NCBI RefSeq assembly: GCF_036365525.1
Contig: NC_090399.1
Location: forward strand, 42,874,430 to 42,938,429
Reading direction: 5' to 3'
DNA: 64,000 nucleotides
Origin: Heterodontus francisci
Taxonomy: Eukaryota
Shown: positions 18,001 through 33,000 of the stretch, piece by piece
Layout of the letters: each line of letters starts with the position of its first letter
Numbering within the stretch: position 1 is the stretch's first letter
Translations under genes and position numbers: made by a program
The notes under the pieces: model-generated
What the model was told of the DNA's origin: nothing
The model's input: the letters and a program-made list of their open reading frames with translations, nothing else
Database searches by the model: none

Positions 18001-21000
18001 GAACCCGAAAACACCAACACCGCACAGAGACACATCAGGACTTGAACCCCAAAACACCAACACAAGAGAAACATCAGGACATGAACCCAAAACACCAACC
18101 CCACACATCAACACACATCAGGACATGAACCCCAAAACACCAACACAAGAGAGACATCAGGACATGAACCCCAAAACACCAACCCCACACAGAGAGACAT
18201 CAGGACATGAACCCCAAAACACCAACACAAGAGAGACATCAGGACATGAACCCCAAAACACCAACACAAGAGAGACATCAGGACATGAACCCCAAAACAC
18301 CAACACAAGAGAGACATCAGGACATGAACCCCAAAACACCAACCCCACACAGAGACATCAGGACATGAACCCCAAAACACCAACACAAGAGAGACATCAG
18401 GACATGAACCCCAAAACACCAACCCCACGCAGAGAGGCATCAGGACATGAACCCCAAAACACCAACACAAGAGAGACATCAGGACATGAACCCCAAAACA
18501 CCAACCCCACACAGAGAGGCATCAGGACATGAACCCCAAAACACCAACAACACACAGAGAGACATCAGGATATGAACCCAAAACACCAACACTACAGAGA
18601 GAAAGACATCAGGACATGAACCCCAAAACACCAACACAAGAGAAACATCAGGACATGAACCCCAAAACACCAACCCCACACAGAGAGGCATCAGGACATG
18701 AACCCCAAAACACCAACACAAGAGAGACATCAGGACATGAACCCGAAAACACCAACACCGCACAGAGACACATCAGGACTTGAACCCCAAAACACCAACA
18801 CAAGAGAAACATCAGGACATGAACCCAAAACACCAACCCCACACATCAACACACATCAGGACATGAACCCCAAAACACCAACACAAGAGAGACATCAGGA
18901 CATGAACCCCAAAACACCAACCCCACACAGAGAGACATCAGGACATGAACCCCAAAACACCAACACAAGAGAGACATCAGGACATGAACCCCAAAACACC
19001 AACACAAGAGAGACATCAGGACATGAACCCCAAAACACCAACACAAGAGAGACATCAGGACATGAACCCCAAAACACCAACACAAGAGAGACATCAGGAC
19101 AAGAACCCCAAAACACCAACACAAGAGAGACATCAGGACATGAACCCCAAAACACCAACCCCACACAGAGAGACATCAGGACATGAACCCCAAAACACCA
19201 ACACAAGAGAGACATCAGGACATGAACCCCAAAACACCAACCCCACGCAGAGAGGCATCAGGACATGAACCCCAAAACACCAACACAAGAGAGACATCAG
19301 GACATGAACCCCAAAACACCAACCCCACACAGAGAGGCATCAGGACATGAACCCCAAAACACCAACACAAGAGACACATCAGGACATGAATCCCAAAACG
19401 CCAACCCCACATATCGAGACACATCAGGACATGAACCCCAAAACACTAACCCCACACAGAGAGACACATCAGGACATGAACCCCAAAACACCAACCCCAC
19501 ACAGAGAGACATCAGGATCTGAACCCCAAAACACCAACCCCACGCAGAGACACATCAGGGCATGAACCCCAAAACACCAACACGAGAGAGACATCAGGAC
19601 ATGAACCCCAAAACACCTACCCCACCAGAGAGACATCAGGATATGAACCCCAAAACACCAACCCCACAAAGAGAGACACATCAGGACATGAACCCCAAAA
19701 CACCAACCCCACCAGAGAGACATCAGGATATGAACCCCAAAACACCAACCCCACGCAGAGAGACATCAGGACGTGAACCCCAAAACACCAACATCACACA
19801 TCGAGACACATCAGGACATGAACCCCAAAACACCAACCCCACCAGAGAGACATCAGGATATGAACCCCAAAACACCAACCCCACAAAGAGAGACACATCA
19901 GGACATGAACCCCAAAACACCAACCCCACCAGAGAGACATCAGGATATGAACCCCAAAACACCAACCCCACGCAGAGAGACATCAGGATATGAACCCCAA
20001 AACACCAACACCACTCGGAGACACATCAGGACATGAACCCCAAAACCCAACCCCACAGAAAGACATCTGGACATGAACCCCAAAACACCAACCCCACGCA
20101 GAGGCATCAGGACATGAACCCCAAAACACCAACCCCACACAGAGACACATCAGCTCATGAACCCCAAAACACCAACCCCACGGAAAGACATCAGGACGTG
20201 AACCCCAAAACACCAACACAAGAGAGACATCAGGACATGAACCCCAAAACGCCAACCACACACAGAGAGACACATCAGGACATGAACCCCAAAACACCAA
20301 CAACACACAGAGAGACATCAGGATATGAACCCAAAACACCAACACTACAGAGAGAAAGACATCAGGACATGAACCCCAAAACACCAACACAAGAGAAACA
20401 TCAGGACATGAACCCCAAAACACCAACCCCACACAGAGAGGCATCAGGACATGAACCCCAAAACACCAACACAAGAGAGACATCAGGACATGAACCCGAA
20501 AACACCAACACCGCACAGAGACACATCAGGACTTGAACCCCAAAACACCAACACAAGAGAAACATCAGGACATGAACCCAAAACACCAACCCCACACATC
20601 AACACACATCAGGACATGAACCCCAAAACACCAACACAAGAGAGACATCAGGACATGAACCCCAAAACACCAACCCCACACAGAGAGACATCAGGACATG
20701 AACCCCAAAACACCAACACAAGAGAGACATCAGGACATGAACCCCAAAACACCAACACAAGAGAGACATCAGGACATGAACCCCAAAACACCAACACAAG
20801 AGAGACATCAGGACATGAACCCCAAAACACCAACCCCACACAGAGACATCAGGACATGAACCCCAAAACACCAACACAAGAGAGACATCAGGACATGAAC
20901 CCCAAAACACCAACCCCACGCAGAGAGGCATCAGGACATGAACCCCAAAACACCAACACAAGAGAGACATCAGGACATGAACCCCAAAACACCAACCCCA

Positions 21001-24000
21001 CACAGAGAGGCATCAGGACATGAACCCCAAAACACCAACAACACACAGAGAGACATCAGGATATGAACCCAAAACACCAACACTACAGAGAGAAAGACAT
21101 CAGGACATGAACCCCAAAACACCAACACAAGAGAAACATCAGGACATGAACCCCAAAACACCAACCCCACACAGAGAGGCATCAGGACATGAACCCCAAA
21201 ACACCAACACAAGAGAGACATCAGGACATGAACCCGAAAACACCAACACCGCACAGAGACACATCAGGACTTGAACCCCAAAACACCAACACAAGAGAAA
21301 CATCAGGACATGAACCCAAAACACCAACCCCACACATCAACACACATCAGGACATGAACCCCAAAACACCAACACAAGAGAGACATCAGGACATGAACCC
21401 CAAAACACCAACCCCACACAGAGAGACATCAGGACATGAACCCCAAAACACCAACACAAGAGAGACATCAGGACATGAACCCCAAAACACCAACACAAGA
21501 GAGACATCAGGACATGAACCCCAAAACACCAACACAAGAGAGACATCAGGACATGAACCCCAAAACACCAACCCCACACAGAGACATCAGGACATGAACC
21601 CCAAAACACCAACACAAGAGAGACATCAGGACATGAACCCCAAAACACCAACCCCACGCAGAGAGGCATCAGGACATGAACCCCAAAACACCAACACAAG
21701 AGAGACATCAGGACATGAACCCCAAAACACCAACCCCACACAGAGAGGCATCGGGACATGAACCCCAAAACACCAACACAAGAGAGACATCAGGACATGA
21801 ACCCCAAAACACCAACCCCACACAGAGAGGCATCAGGACATGAACCCCAAAACACCAACACAAGAGAGACATCAGGACATGAACCCCAAAACACCAACAC
21901 AAGAGAGACATCAGGACATGAACCCCAAAACACCAACCCCACGCAGAGAGGCATCAGGACATGAACCCCAAAACACCAACCCCACACATCGAGACACATC
22001 AGGACATGAATCCCAAAACGCCAACCCCACATATCGAGACACATCAGGACATGAACCCCAAAACACCAACCCCACGCAGAGACACATCAGGGCATGAACC
22101 CCAAAACACCAACACGAGAGAGACATCAGGACATGAACCCCAAAACACCAACCCCACCAGAGAGACATCAGGATATGAACCCCAAAACACCAACCCCACA
22201 AAGAGAGACACATCAGGACATGAACCCCAAAACACCAACCCCACCAGAGAGACATCAGGATATGAACCCCAAAACACCAACCCCACGCAGAGAGACATCA
22301 GGATATGAACCCCAAAACACCAACACCACTCGGAGACACATCAGGACATGAACCCCAAAACCCAAACCCACAGAAAGACATCTGGACATGAACCCCAAAA
22401 CACCAACCCCACGCAGAGTCATCAGGACATGAACCCCAAAACACCAACCCCACACAGAGACACATCAGTTCATGAACCCCAAAACACCAACCCCACGGAA
22501 AGACATCAGGACGTGAACCCCAAAACACCAACACAAGAGAGACATCAGGACATGAAACCCAAAACGCCAACCACACACAGAGAGACACATCAGGACATGA
22601 ACCCCAAAACACCAACACCACACAGAGAGACATCAGGATATGAACCCAAAACACCAACACTACAGAGAGAAAGACATCAGGACATGAACCCCAAAACACC
22701 AACACAAGAGAGACATCAGGACATGAACCCCAAAACACCAACCCCACAGAGAGACACATCAGGACATGAACCCCAAAACACTAACCCCACACAGAGAGAC
22801 ATCAGGACATGAACCCCAAAACACCAACCCCACACAGAGACACATGAGGACATGAACCCCAAAACACCAACCCCACACAGAGAGAGACATCAGGATATGA
22901 ACCCCAACACACCAACATCGCACAGAGAGACATCAGGATATGAACCCCAAAACACCAACCCCACCCAGAGACACATCAGGACATGAACCCCAAAACACCA
23001 ACCCCACAGAAAAACATCAGGACGTGAACCCCAAATCACCAACACCACACAGAGAAACATCAGGACATGAACCCCAAAACACCAACCCCACAGAGAGAAA
23101 GACATCAGGACATGAACCCCAAAACACCAACCCCACAGAAAAACATCAGGACGGAACCCCAAAACACCAACCCCACAGAGAGAAAGACATCAGGACATGA
23201 ACCCCAAAACACCAACACCACACATCGAGACACATCAGGACATGAACCCCAAAACACCAACCCCACAGAGAGACACATCAGGACATGAACCCCAAAACAC
23301 TAACCCCACACAGAGAGACATCAGGACATGAACCCCAAAACACCAACCCCACACAGAGACACACATCAGGACATGAAACCCAAAACACCAACCCCACGGA
23401 GAGAGACATCAGGACATGAACCCCAAAACACCAACCCCACACAGAGAGACATCAGGACATGAACCCCAAAACACCAACCCCACACAGAGACACACATCAG
23501 GACATGAAACCCAAAACACTAACCCCACACAGAGAGACACATCAGGACATGAACCCCAAAACACCAACCCCACAGAGAGACACATCAGGACATGAACCCC
23601 AAAACACCTACCCCACACAGAGAGACACATCAGGACATGAACCCCAAAACACCAACCCCACACAGAGAGACATCAGGACATGAACCCCAAAACACCAAAC
23701 CCACACAGAGAGACATCAGGACATGAACCCCAGAACACCAACCCCAGATAGACACATCAGGACATGAACCCCAAAACACCAACCCCACACAGAGACACAT
23801 CAGGACATGAACCCCAAAACACCAACCCCACAGAAAAACATCAGGACATGAACCCCAAAACACCAACCCCACAGAGAGACACATCAGGACATGAACCCCA
23901 AAACACCAACCCCAGATAGACACATCAGGACATGAACCCCAAAACACCAACCCCACAGAAAAACATCAGGACATGAACCCCAAAACACCAACCCCACAAA

Positions 24001-27000
24001 GAGAGACACATCAGGACATGAACCCCAAAACACCAACCCCACCAGAGAGACATCAGGATATGAACCCCAAAACACCAACACCACTCGGAGACACATCAGG
24101 ACATGAACTGCAAAACCCAACCCCACAGAAAGACATCTGGACATGATGCCCAAAACACCAACCCCACACAGAGTCATCAGGACATGAACCCCAAAACACC
24201 AACCCCACACAGAGACACATTAGTTCATGAACCCCAAAACACCAACCCCACGGAGAGACATCAGTTCATGAACCCCAAAACACCAACCCCACGGAAAGAC
24301 ATCAGGACATGAACCCCAAAACACCAACACAAGAGAGACATCAGGACATGAACCCCAAAACACCAACCCCACACAGAGAGACATCAGGACATGAACCCCA
24401 AAACACCAAACCCACACAGAGAGAGACATCAGGACATGAACCCCAAAACACAAACCCCACACAGAGAGAGACATCAGGACATGAACCCCAAAACACCAAC
24501 CACACACAGAGAGAGACATCAGGACATGAACCCCAAAACACCAACACCACACAGAGAGACATCAGGACATGAACCCCAAAACACCAACTCCACACAGAGA
24601 GCCATCAGGACATGAACCCCAAAACACAAACCCCACACAGAGAGAGACATCAGGACATGAACCCCAAAACACCAACCCCACAGAAAGACATCAGGACGTG
24701 AACCCCAAAACACCAACACCTCACAGAGAAACATCAGGACGTGAACCCCAAAACACCAACCCCACACAGAGAAACATCAGGACATGAACCCCAAAACACC
24801 AACCCCACACAGAGAAACATCAGGACATGAACCCCAAAACACCAACCCCACACAGAGACATCAGGACATGAACCCCAAAACACCAACCCCACACAGAGAA
24901 ACATCAGGACATGAACCCCAAAACACCAACATCACACATCGAGACACATCAGGACATGAACCCCAAAACACTAACCCCACACAGAGAGACACATCAGGAC
25001 ATGAACCCCAAAACACCAACCCCACACAGAGACACATCAGGATATGAACCCCAAAACACCAACCCCACGCAGAGACACATCAGGGCATGAACCCCAAAAC
25101 ACCAACACGAGAGAGACATCAGGACATGAAACCCAAAACACCAACCCCACCAGAGAGACATCAGGATATGAACCCCAAAACACCAACCCCACAAAGAGAG
25201 ACACATCAGGACATGAACCCCAAAACACCAACCCCACCAGAGAGACATCAGGATATGAACCCCAAAACACCAACCCCACGCAGAGAGACATCAGGATATG
25301 AACCCCAAAACACCAACACCACTCGGAGACACATCAGGACATGAACCCCAAAACCCAAACCCACAGAAAGACATCTGGACATGAACCCCAAAACACCAAC
25401 CCCACGCAGAGTCATCAGGACATGAACCCCAAAACACCAACCCCACACAGAGACACATCAGTTCATGAACCCCAAAACACCAACCCCACGGAAAGACATC
25501 AGGACGTGAACCCCAAAACACCAACACAAGAGAGACATCAGGACATGAACCCCAAAACGCCAACCACACACAGAGAGACACATCAGGATATGAACCCAAA
25601 ACACCAACACTACAGAGATAAAGACATCAGGACATGAACCCCAAAACACCAACACAAGAGAAACATCAGGACATAAACCCCAAAACACCAACCCCACACA
25701 GAGAGGCATCAGGACATGAACCCCAAAACACCAACACAAGAGAGACACATCAGGACTTGAACCCCAAAACACCAACACAAGAGAAACATCAGGACATGAA
25801 CCCAAAACACCAACCCCACACATCGAGACACATCAGGACATGAACCCCAAAACACCAACACAAGAGAGACATCAGGACATGAACCCCAAAACACCAACCC
25901 CACACAGAGAGACATCAGGACATGAACCCCAAAACACCAACACAAGAGAGACATCAGGACATGAACCCCAAAACACCAACACAAGAGAGACATCAGGACA
26001 AGAACCCCAAAACACCAACACAAGAGAGACATCAGGACATGAACCCCAAAACACCAACCCCACACAGAGAGACATCAGGACATGAACCCCAAAACACCAA
26101 CACAAGAGAGACATCAGGACATGAACCCCAAAACACCAACCCCACGCAGAGAGGCATCAGGACATGAACCCCAAAACACCAACACAAGAGAGACATCAGG
26201 ACATGAACACCAAAACACCAACCCCACACAGAGAGGCATCAGGACATGAACCCCAAAACACCAACACAAGAGAGACATCAGGACATGAACCCCAAAACAC
26301 CAACCCCACACAGAGAGGCATCAGGACATGAACCCCAAAACACCAACACAAGAGAGACATCAGGACATGAACCCCAAAACACCAACACAAGAGAGACATC
26401 AGGACATGAACCCCAAAACACCAACACAAGAGACACATCAGGACATGAATCCCAAAACGCCAACCCCACATATCGAGACACATCAGGACATGAACCCCAA
26501 AACACTAACCCCACACAGAGAGACACATCAGGACATGAACCCCAAAACACCAACCCCACACAGAGAGACATCAGGATATGAACCCCAAAACACCAACCCC
26601 ACGCAGAGACACATCAGGGCATGAACCCCAAAACACCAACACGAGAGAGACATCAGGACATGAACCCCAAAACACCTACCCCACCAGAGAGACATCAGGA
26701 TATGAACCCCAAAACACCAACCCCACAAAGAGAGACACATCAGGACATGAACCCCAAAACACCAACCCCACCAGAGAGACATCAGGATATGAACCCCAAA
26801 ACAACAACCCCACGCGGAGAGACATCAGGACGTGAACCCCAAAACACCAACATCACACATCGAGACACATCAGGACATGAACCCCAAAACACCAACCCCA
26901 CCAGAGAGACATCAGGATATGAACCCCAAAACACCAACCCCACAAAGAGAGACACATCAGGACATGAACCCCAAAACACCAACCCCACCAGAGAGACATC

Positions 27001-30000
27001 AGGATCTGAACCCCAAAACACCAACCCCACGCAGAGAGACATCAGGATATGAACCCCAAAACACCAACACCACTCGGAGACACATCAGGACATGAACCCC
27101 AAAACCCAACCCCACAGAAAGACATCTGGACATGAACCCCAAAACACCAACCCCACGCAGAGTCATCAGGACATGAACCCCAAAACACCAACCCCACACA
27201 GAGACACATCAGCTCATGAACCCCAAAACACCAACCCCACGGAAAGACATCAGGACGTGAACCCCAAAACACCAACACAAGAGAGACATCAGGACATGAA
27301 CCCCAAAACGCCAACCACACACAGAGAGACACATCAGGACATGAACCCCAAAACACCAACAACACACAGAGAGACATCAGGATATGAACCCAAAACACCA
27401 ACACTACAGAGAGAAAGACATCAGGACATGAACCCCAAAACACCAACACAAGAGAAACATCAGGACATGAACCCCAAAACACCAACCCCACACAGAGAGG
27501 CATCAGGACATGAACCCCAAAACACCAACACAAGAGAGACATCAGGACATGAACCCCAAAACACCAACACAAGAGAGACATCAGGACATGAACCCGAAAA
27601 CACCAACACCGCACAGAGACACATCAGGACTTGAACCCCAAAACACCAACACAAAAGAAACATCAGGACATGAACCCAAAACACCAACCGCACACATCAA
27701 GACACATCAGGACATGAACCCCAAAACACCAACACAAGAGAGACATCAGGACATGAACCCCAAAACACCAACCCCACACAGAGAGACATCAGGACATGAA
27801 CCCCAAAACACCAACACAAGAGAGACATCAGGACATGAACCCCAAAACACCAACACAAGAGAGACATCAGGACATGAACCCCAAAACACCAACACAAGAG
27901 AGACATCAGGACATGAACCCCAAAACACCAACCCCACACAGAGAGACATCAGGACATGAACCCCAAAACACCAACACAAGAGAGACATCAGGACATGAAC
28001 CCCAAAACACCAACCCCACGCAGAGAGGCATCAGGACATGAACCCCAAAACACCAACACAAGAGAGACATCAGGACATGAACCCCAAAACAACAACCCCA
28101 CACAGAGAGGCATCAGGACATGAACCCCAAAACACCAACACAAGAGAGACATCAGGACATGAACCCCAAAACACCAACCCCACACAGAGAGGCATCAGGA
28201 CATGAACCCCAAAACACCAACACAAGAGAGACATCAGGACATGAACCCCAAAACACCAACACAAGAGAGACATCAGGACATGAACCCCAAAACACCAACC
28301 CCACGCAGAGAGGCATCAGGACATGAACCCCAAAACACCAACCCCACACATCGAGACACATCAGGACATGAATCCCAAAACGCCAACCCCACATATCGAG
28401 ACACATCAGGACATGAACCCCAAAACACTAACCCCACACAGAGAGACACATCAGGACATGAACCCCAAAACACCAACCCCACACAGAGACACATCAGGGC
28501 ATGAACCCCAAAACACCAACACGAGAGAGACATCAGGACATGAACCCCAAAACACCTACCCCACCAGAGAGACATCAGGATATGAACCCCAAAACACCAA
28601 CCCCACAAAGAGAGACACATCAGGACATGAACCCCAAAACACCAACCCCACCAGAGAGACATCAGGATATGAACCCCAAAACACCAACCCCACGCAGAGA
28701 GACATCAGGATATGAACCCCAAAACACCAACACCACTCGGAGACACATCAGGACATGAACCCCAAAACCCAAACCCACAGAAAGACATCTGGACATGAAC
28801 CCCAAAACACCAACCCCACGCAGAGTCATCAGGACATGAACCCCAAAACACCAACCCCACACAGAGACACATCAGTTCATGAACCCCAAAACACCAACCC
28901 CACGGAAAGACATCAGGACGTGAACCCCAAAACACCAACACAAGAGAGACATCAGGACATGAAACCCAAAACGCCAACCACACACAGAGAGACACATCAG
29001 GACATGAACCCCAAAACACCAACACCACACAGAGAGACATCAGGATATGAACCCAAAACACCAACACTACAGAGAGAAAGACATCAGGACATGAACCCCA
29101 AAACACCAACACAAGAGAGACATCAGGACATGAACCCCAAAACACCAACACCGCACAGAGACACATCAGGACTTGAACCCCAAAACACCAACACAAGAGA
29201 AACATCAGGACATGAACCCAAAACACCAACCCCACACATCGAGACACATCAGGACATGAACCCCAAAACACCAACACAAGAGAGACATCAGGACATGAAC
29301 CCCAAAACACCAACCCCACACAGAGAGACATCAGGACATGAACCCCAAAACACCAACACAAGAGAGACATCAGGACATGAACCCCAAAACACCAACATAA
29401 GAGAGACATCAGGACATGAACCCCAAAACACCAACACAAGAGAGACATCAGGACAAGAACCCCAAAACACCAACACAAGAGAGACATCAGGACATGAACC
29501 CCAAAACACCAACCCCACACAGAGAGACATCAGGACATGAACCCCAAAACACCAACACAAGAGAGACATCAGGACATGAACCCCAAAACACCAACCCCAC
29601 GCAGAGAGGCATCAGGACATGAACCCCAAAACACCAACACAAGAGAGACATCAGGACATGAACCCCAAAACACCAACCCCACACAGAGAGGCATCAGGAC
29701 ATGAACCCCAAAACACCAACACAAGAGAGACATCAGGACATGAACCCCAAAACACCAACCCCACACAGAGAGGCATCAGGACATGAACCCCAAAACACCA
29801 ACACAAGAGAGACATCAGGACATGAACCCCAAAACACCAACACAAGAGAGACATCAGGACATGAACCCCAAAACACCAACCCCACGCAGAGAGGCATCAG
29901 GACATGAACCCCAAAACACCAACACAAGAGAGACATCAGGACATGAACCCCAAAACACCAACCCCACACATCGAGACACATCAGGACATGAACCCCAAAA

Positions 30001-33000
30001 CACCAACCCCACACAGAGACACATCAGGACATGAACCCCAAAACACCAACCCCACACAGAGACACATCAGGACATGAACCCCAAAACACCAACCCCACAC
30101 ATCGAGACACATCAGGACATGAACCCCAAAACACCAACCCCGCACAGAGACACATCAGGACATGAACCCCAAAACACCAACCCCACACAGAGACACATCA
30201 GGACATGAACCCCAAAACACCAACACCGCACAGAGACACATCAGGACATGAACCCCAAAACACCAACACCGCACAGAGACACATCAGGACATGAACCCCA
30301 AAACACCAACACAAGAGAGACATCAGGACATGAACCCCAAAACACCAACCCCACACAGAGAGGCATCAGGACATGAACCCCAAAACACCAACACAAGAGA
30401 CACATCAGGACATGAACCCCAAAACACCAACCCCACACAGAGACACATCAGGACATGAACCCCAAAACACCAACACCACACAGAGAGACATCAGGATATG
30501 AACCCCAAAACACCAACCCCACACAGAGACACATCAGGACATGAACCCCAACACACCAACCCCACAGAGACACATCAGGATATGAACACCAAAACACCAA
30601 CCCCACACAGAGAGACATCAGTACATGAACCCCAAAACACCAACCCCACCCAGAGAGACATCAAGACATGAACCCCAAAACACCAACCCCACACAGAGAC
30701 ACATGAGGACATGAACCCCAAAACACCAACCCCACACAGAGAGAGACCTCAGGATATGAACCCCAACACACCAACCTCGCACAGAGAGACATCAGGATAT
30801 GAACCCCAAAACACCAACCCCACCCAGAGACACATCAGGACATGAACCCCAAAACACCAACCCCACAGAAAAACATCAGGACGTGAACCCCAAATCACCA
30901 ACACCACACAGAGAAACATCAGGACATGAACCCCAAAACACCAACCCCACAGAGAGAAAGACATCAGGACATGAACCCCAAAACACCAACCCCACAGAAA
31001 AACATCAGGACGTGAACCCCAAAACACCAACCCCACAGAGAGAAAGACATCAGGACATGAACCCCAAAACACCAACACCACACATCGAGACACATCAGGA
31101 CATGAACCCCAAAACACCAACCCCACAGAGAGACACATCAGGACATGAACCCCAAAACACTAACCCCACACAGAGAGACATCAGGACATGAACCCCAAAA
31201 CACCAACCCCACACAGAGACACACATCAGGACATGAAACCCAAAACACCAACCCCACGGAGAGAGACATCAGGACATGAACCCCAAAACACCAACCTCAC
31301 ACAGAGAGACATCAGGACATGAACCCCAAAACACCAACCCCACACAGAGAGACATCAGGACATGAACCCCAAAACACCAACCCCACACAGAGAGACATCA
31401 GGACATGAACCCCAAAACACTAACCCCACACAGAGAGACATCAGGACATGAACCCCAAAACACTAACCCCACACAGAGAGACATCAGGACATGAACCCCA
31501 AAACACCAACCCCACACAGAGAGACATCAGGACATGAACCCCAAAACACCAACCCCACACAGAGAGACATCAGGACATGAACCCCAAAACACTAACCCCA
31601 CACAGAGACACACATCAGGACATGAAACCCAAAACACTAACCCCACACAGAGAGACACATCAGGACATGAACCCCTAAACACCAACCCCACAGAGAGACA
31701 CATCAGGACATGAACTCCAAAACACCAACCCCACACAGAGAGACATCAGGACATGAACCCCAAAACACCAACCCCACACAGAGAGACATCAGGATATGAA
31801 CCCAAAACACCAAGCCCACACAGAGACACATCAGGACATGAACCCCAAAACACCAACCCCAGATAGACACATCAGGACATGAACCCCAAAACACCAACCC
31901 CACACAGAGACACATCAGGACATGAACCCCAAAACACCAACCCCACAGAAAAACATCAGGACATGAACCCCAAAACACCAACCCCACAGAGAGACACATC
32001 AGGACATGAACCCCAAAACACCAACCCCAGATAGACACATCAGGACATGAACCCCAAAACACCAACCCCACAGAAAAACATCAGGACATGAACCCCAAAA
32101 CACCAACCCCACAAAGAGAGACACATCAGGACATGAACCCCAAAACACCAACCCCACCAGAGAGACATCAGGATATGAACCTCAAAACACCAACACCACT
32201 CGGAGACACATCAGGACATGAACCCCAAAACCCAAGCCCACAGAAAGACATCTGGACATGATGCCCAAAACACCAACCCCACGCAGAGTCATCAGGACAT
32301 GAACCCCAAAACACCAACCCCACGGAGAGACATCAGTTCATGAACCCCAAAACACCAACCCCACGGAAAGACATCAGGACATGAACCCCAAAACACCAAC
32401 ACAAGAGAGACATCAGGACATGAACCCCAAAACACCAACCCCACACAGAGAGACATCAGGACATGAACCCCAAAACACCAACCCCACACAGAGAGACATC
32501 AGGACATGAACCCCAAAACACTAACCCCACACAGAGACACACATCAGGACATGAAACCCAAAACACTAACCCCACACAGAGAGACACATCAGGACATGAA
32601 CCCCTAAACACCAACCCTACAGAGAGACACATCAGGACATGAACTCCAAAACACCAACCCCACACAGAGAGACATCAGGACATGAACCCCAAAACACCAA
32701 CCCCACACAGAGAGACATCAGGATATGAACCCAAAACACCAAGCCCACACAGAGACACATCAGGACATGAACCCCAAAACACCAACCCCAGATAGACACA
32801 TCAGGACATGAACCCCAAAACACCAACCCCACACAGAGACACATCAGGACATGAACCCCAAAACACCAACCCCACAGAAAAACATCAGGACATGAACCCC
32901 AAAACACCAACCCCACAGAGAGACACATCAGGACATGAACCCCAAAACACCAACCCCAGATAGACACATCAGGACATGAACCCCAAAACACCAACCCCAC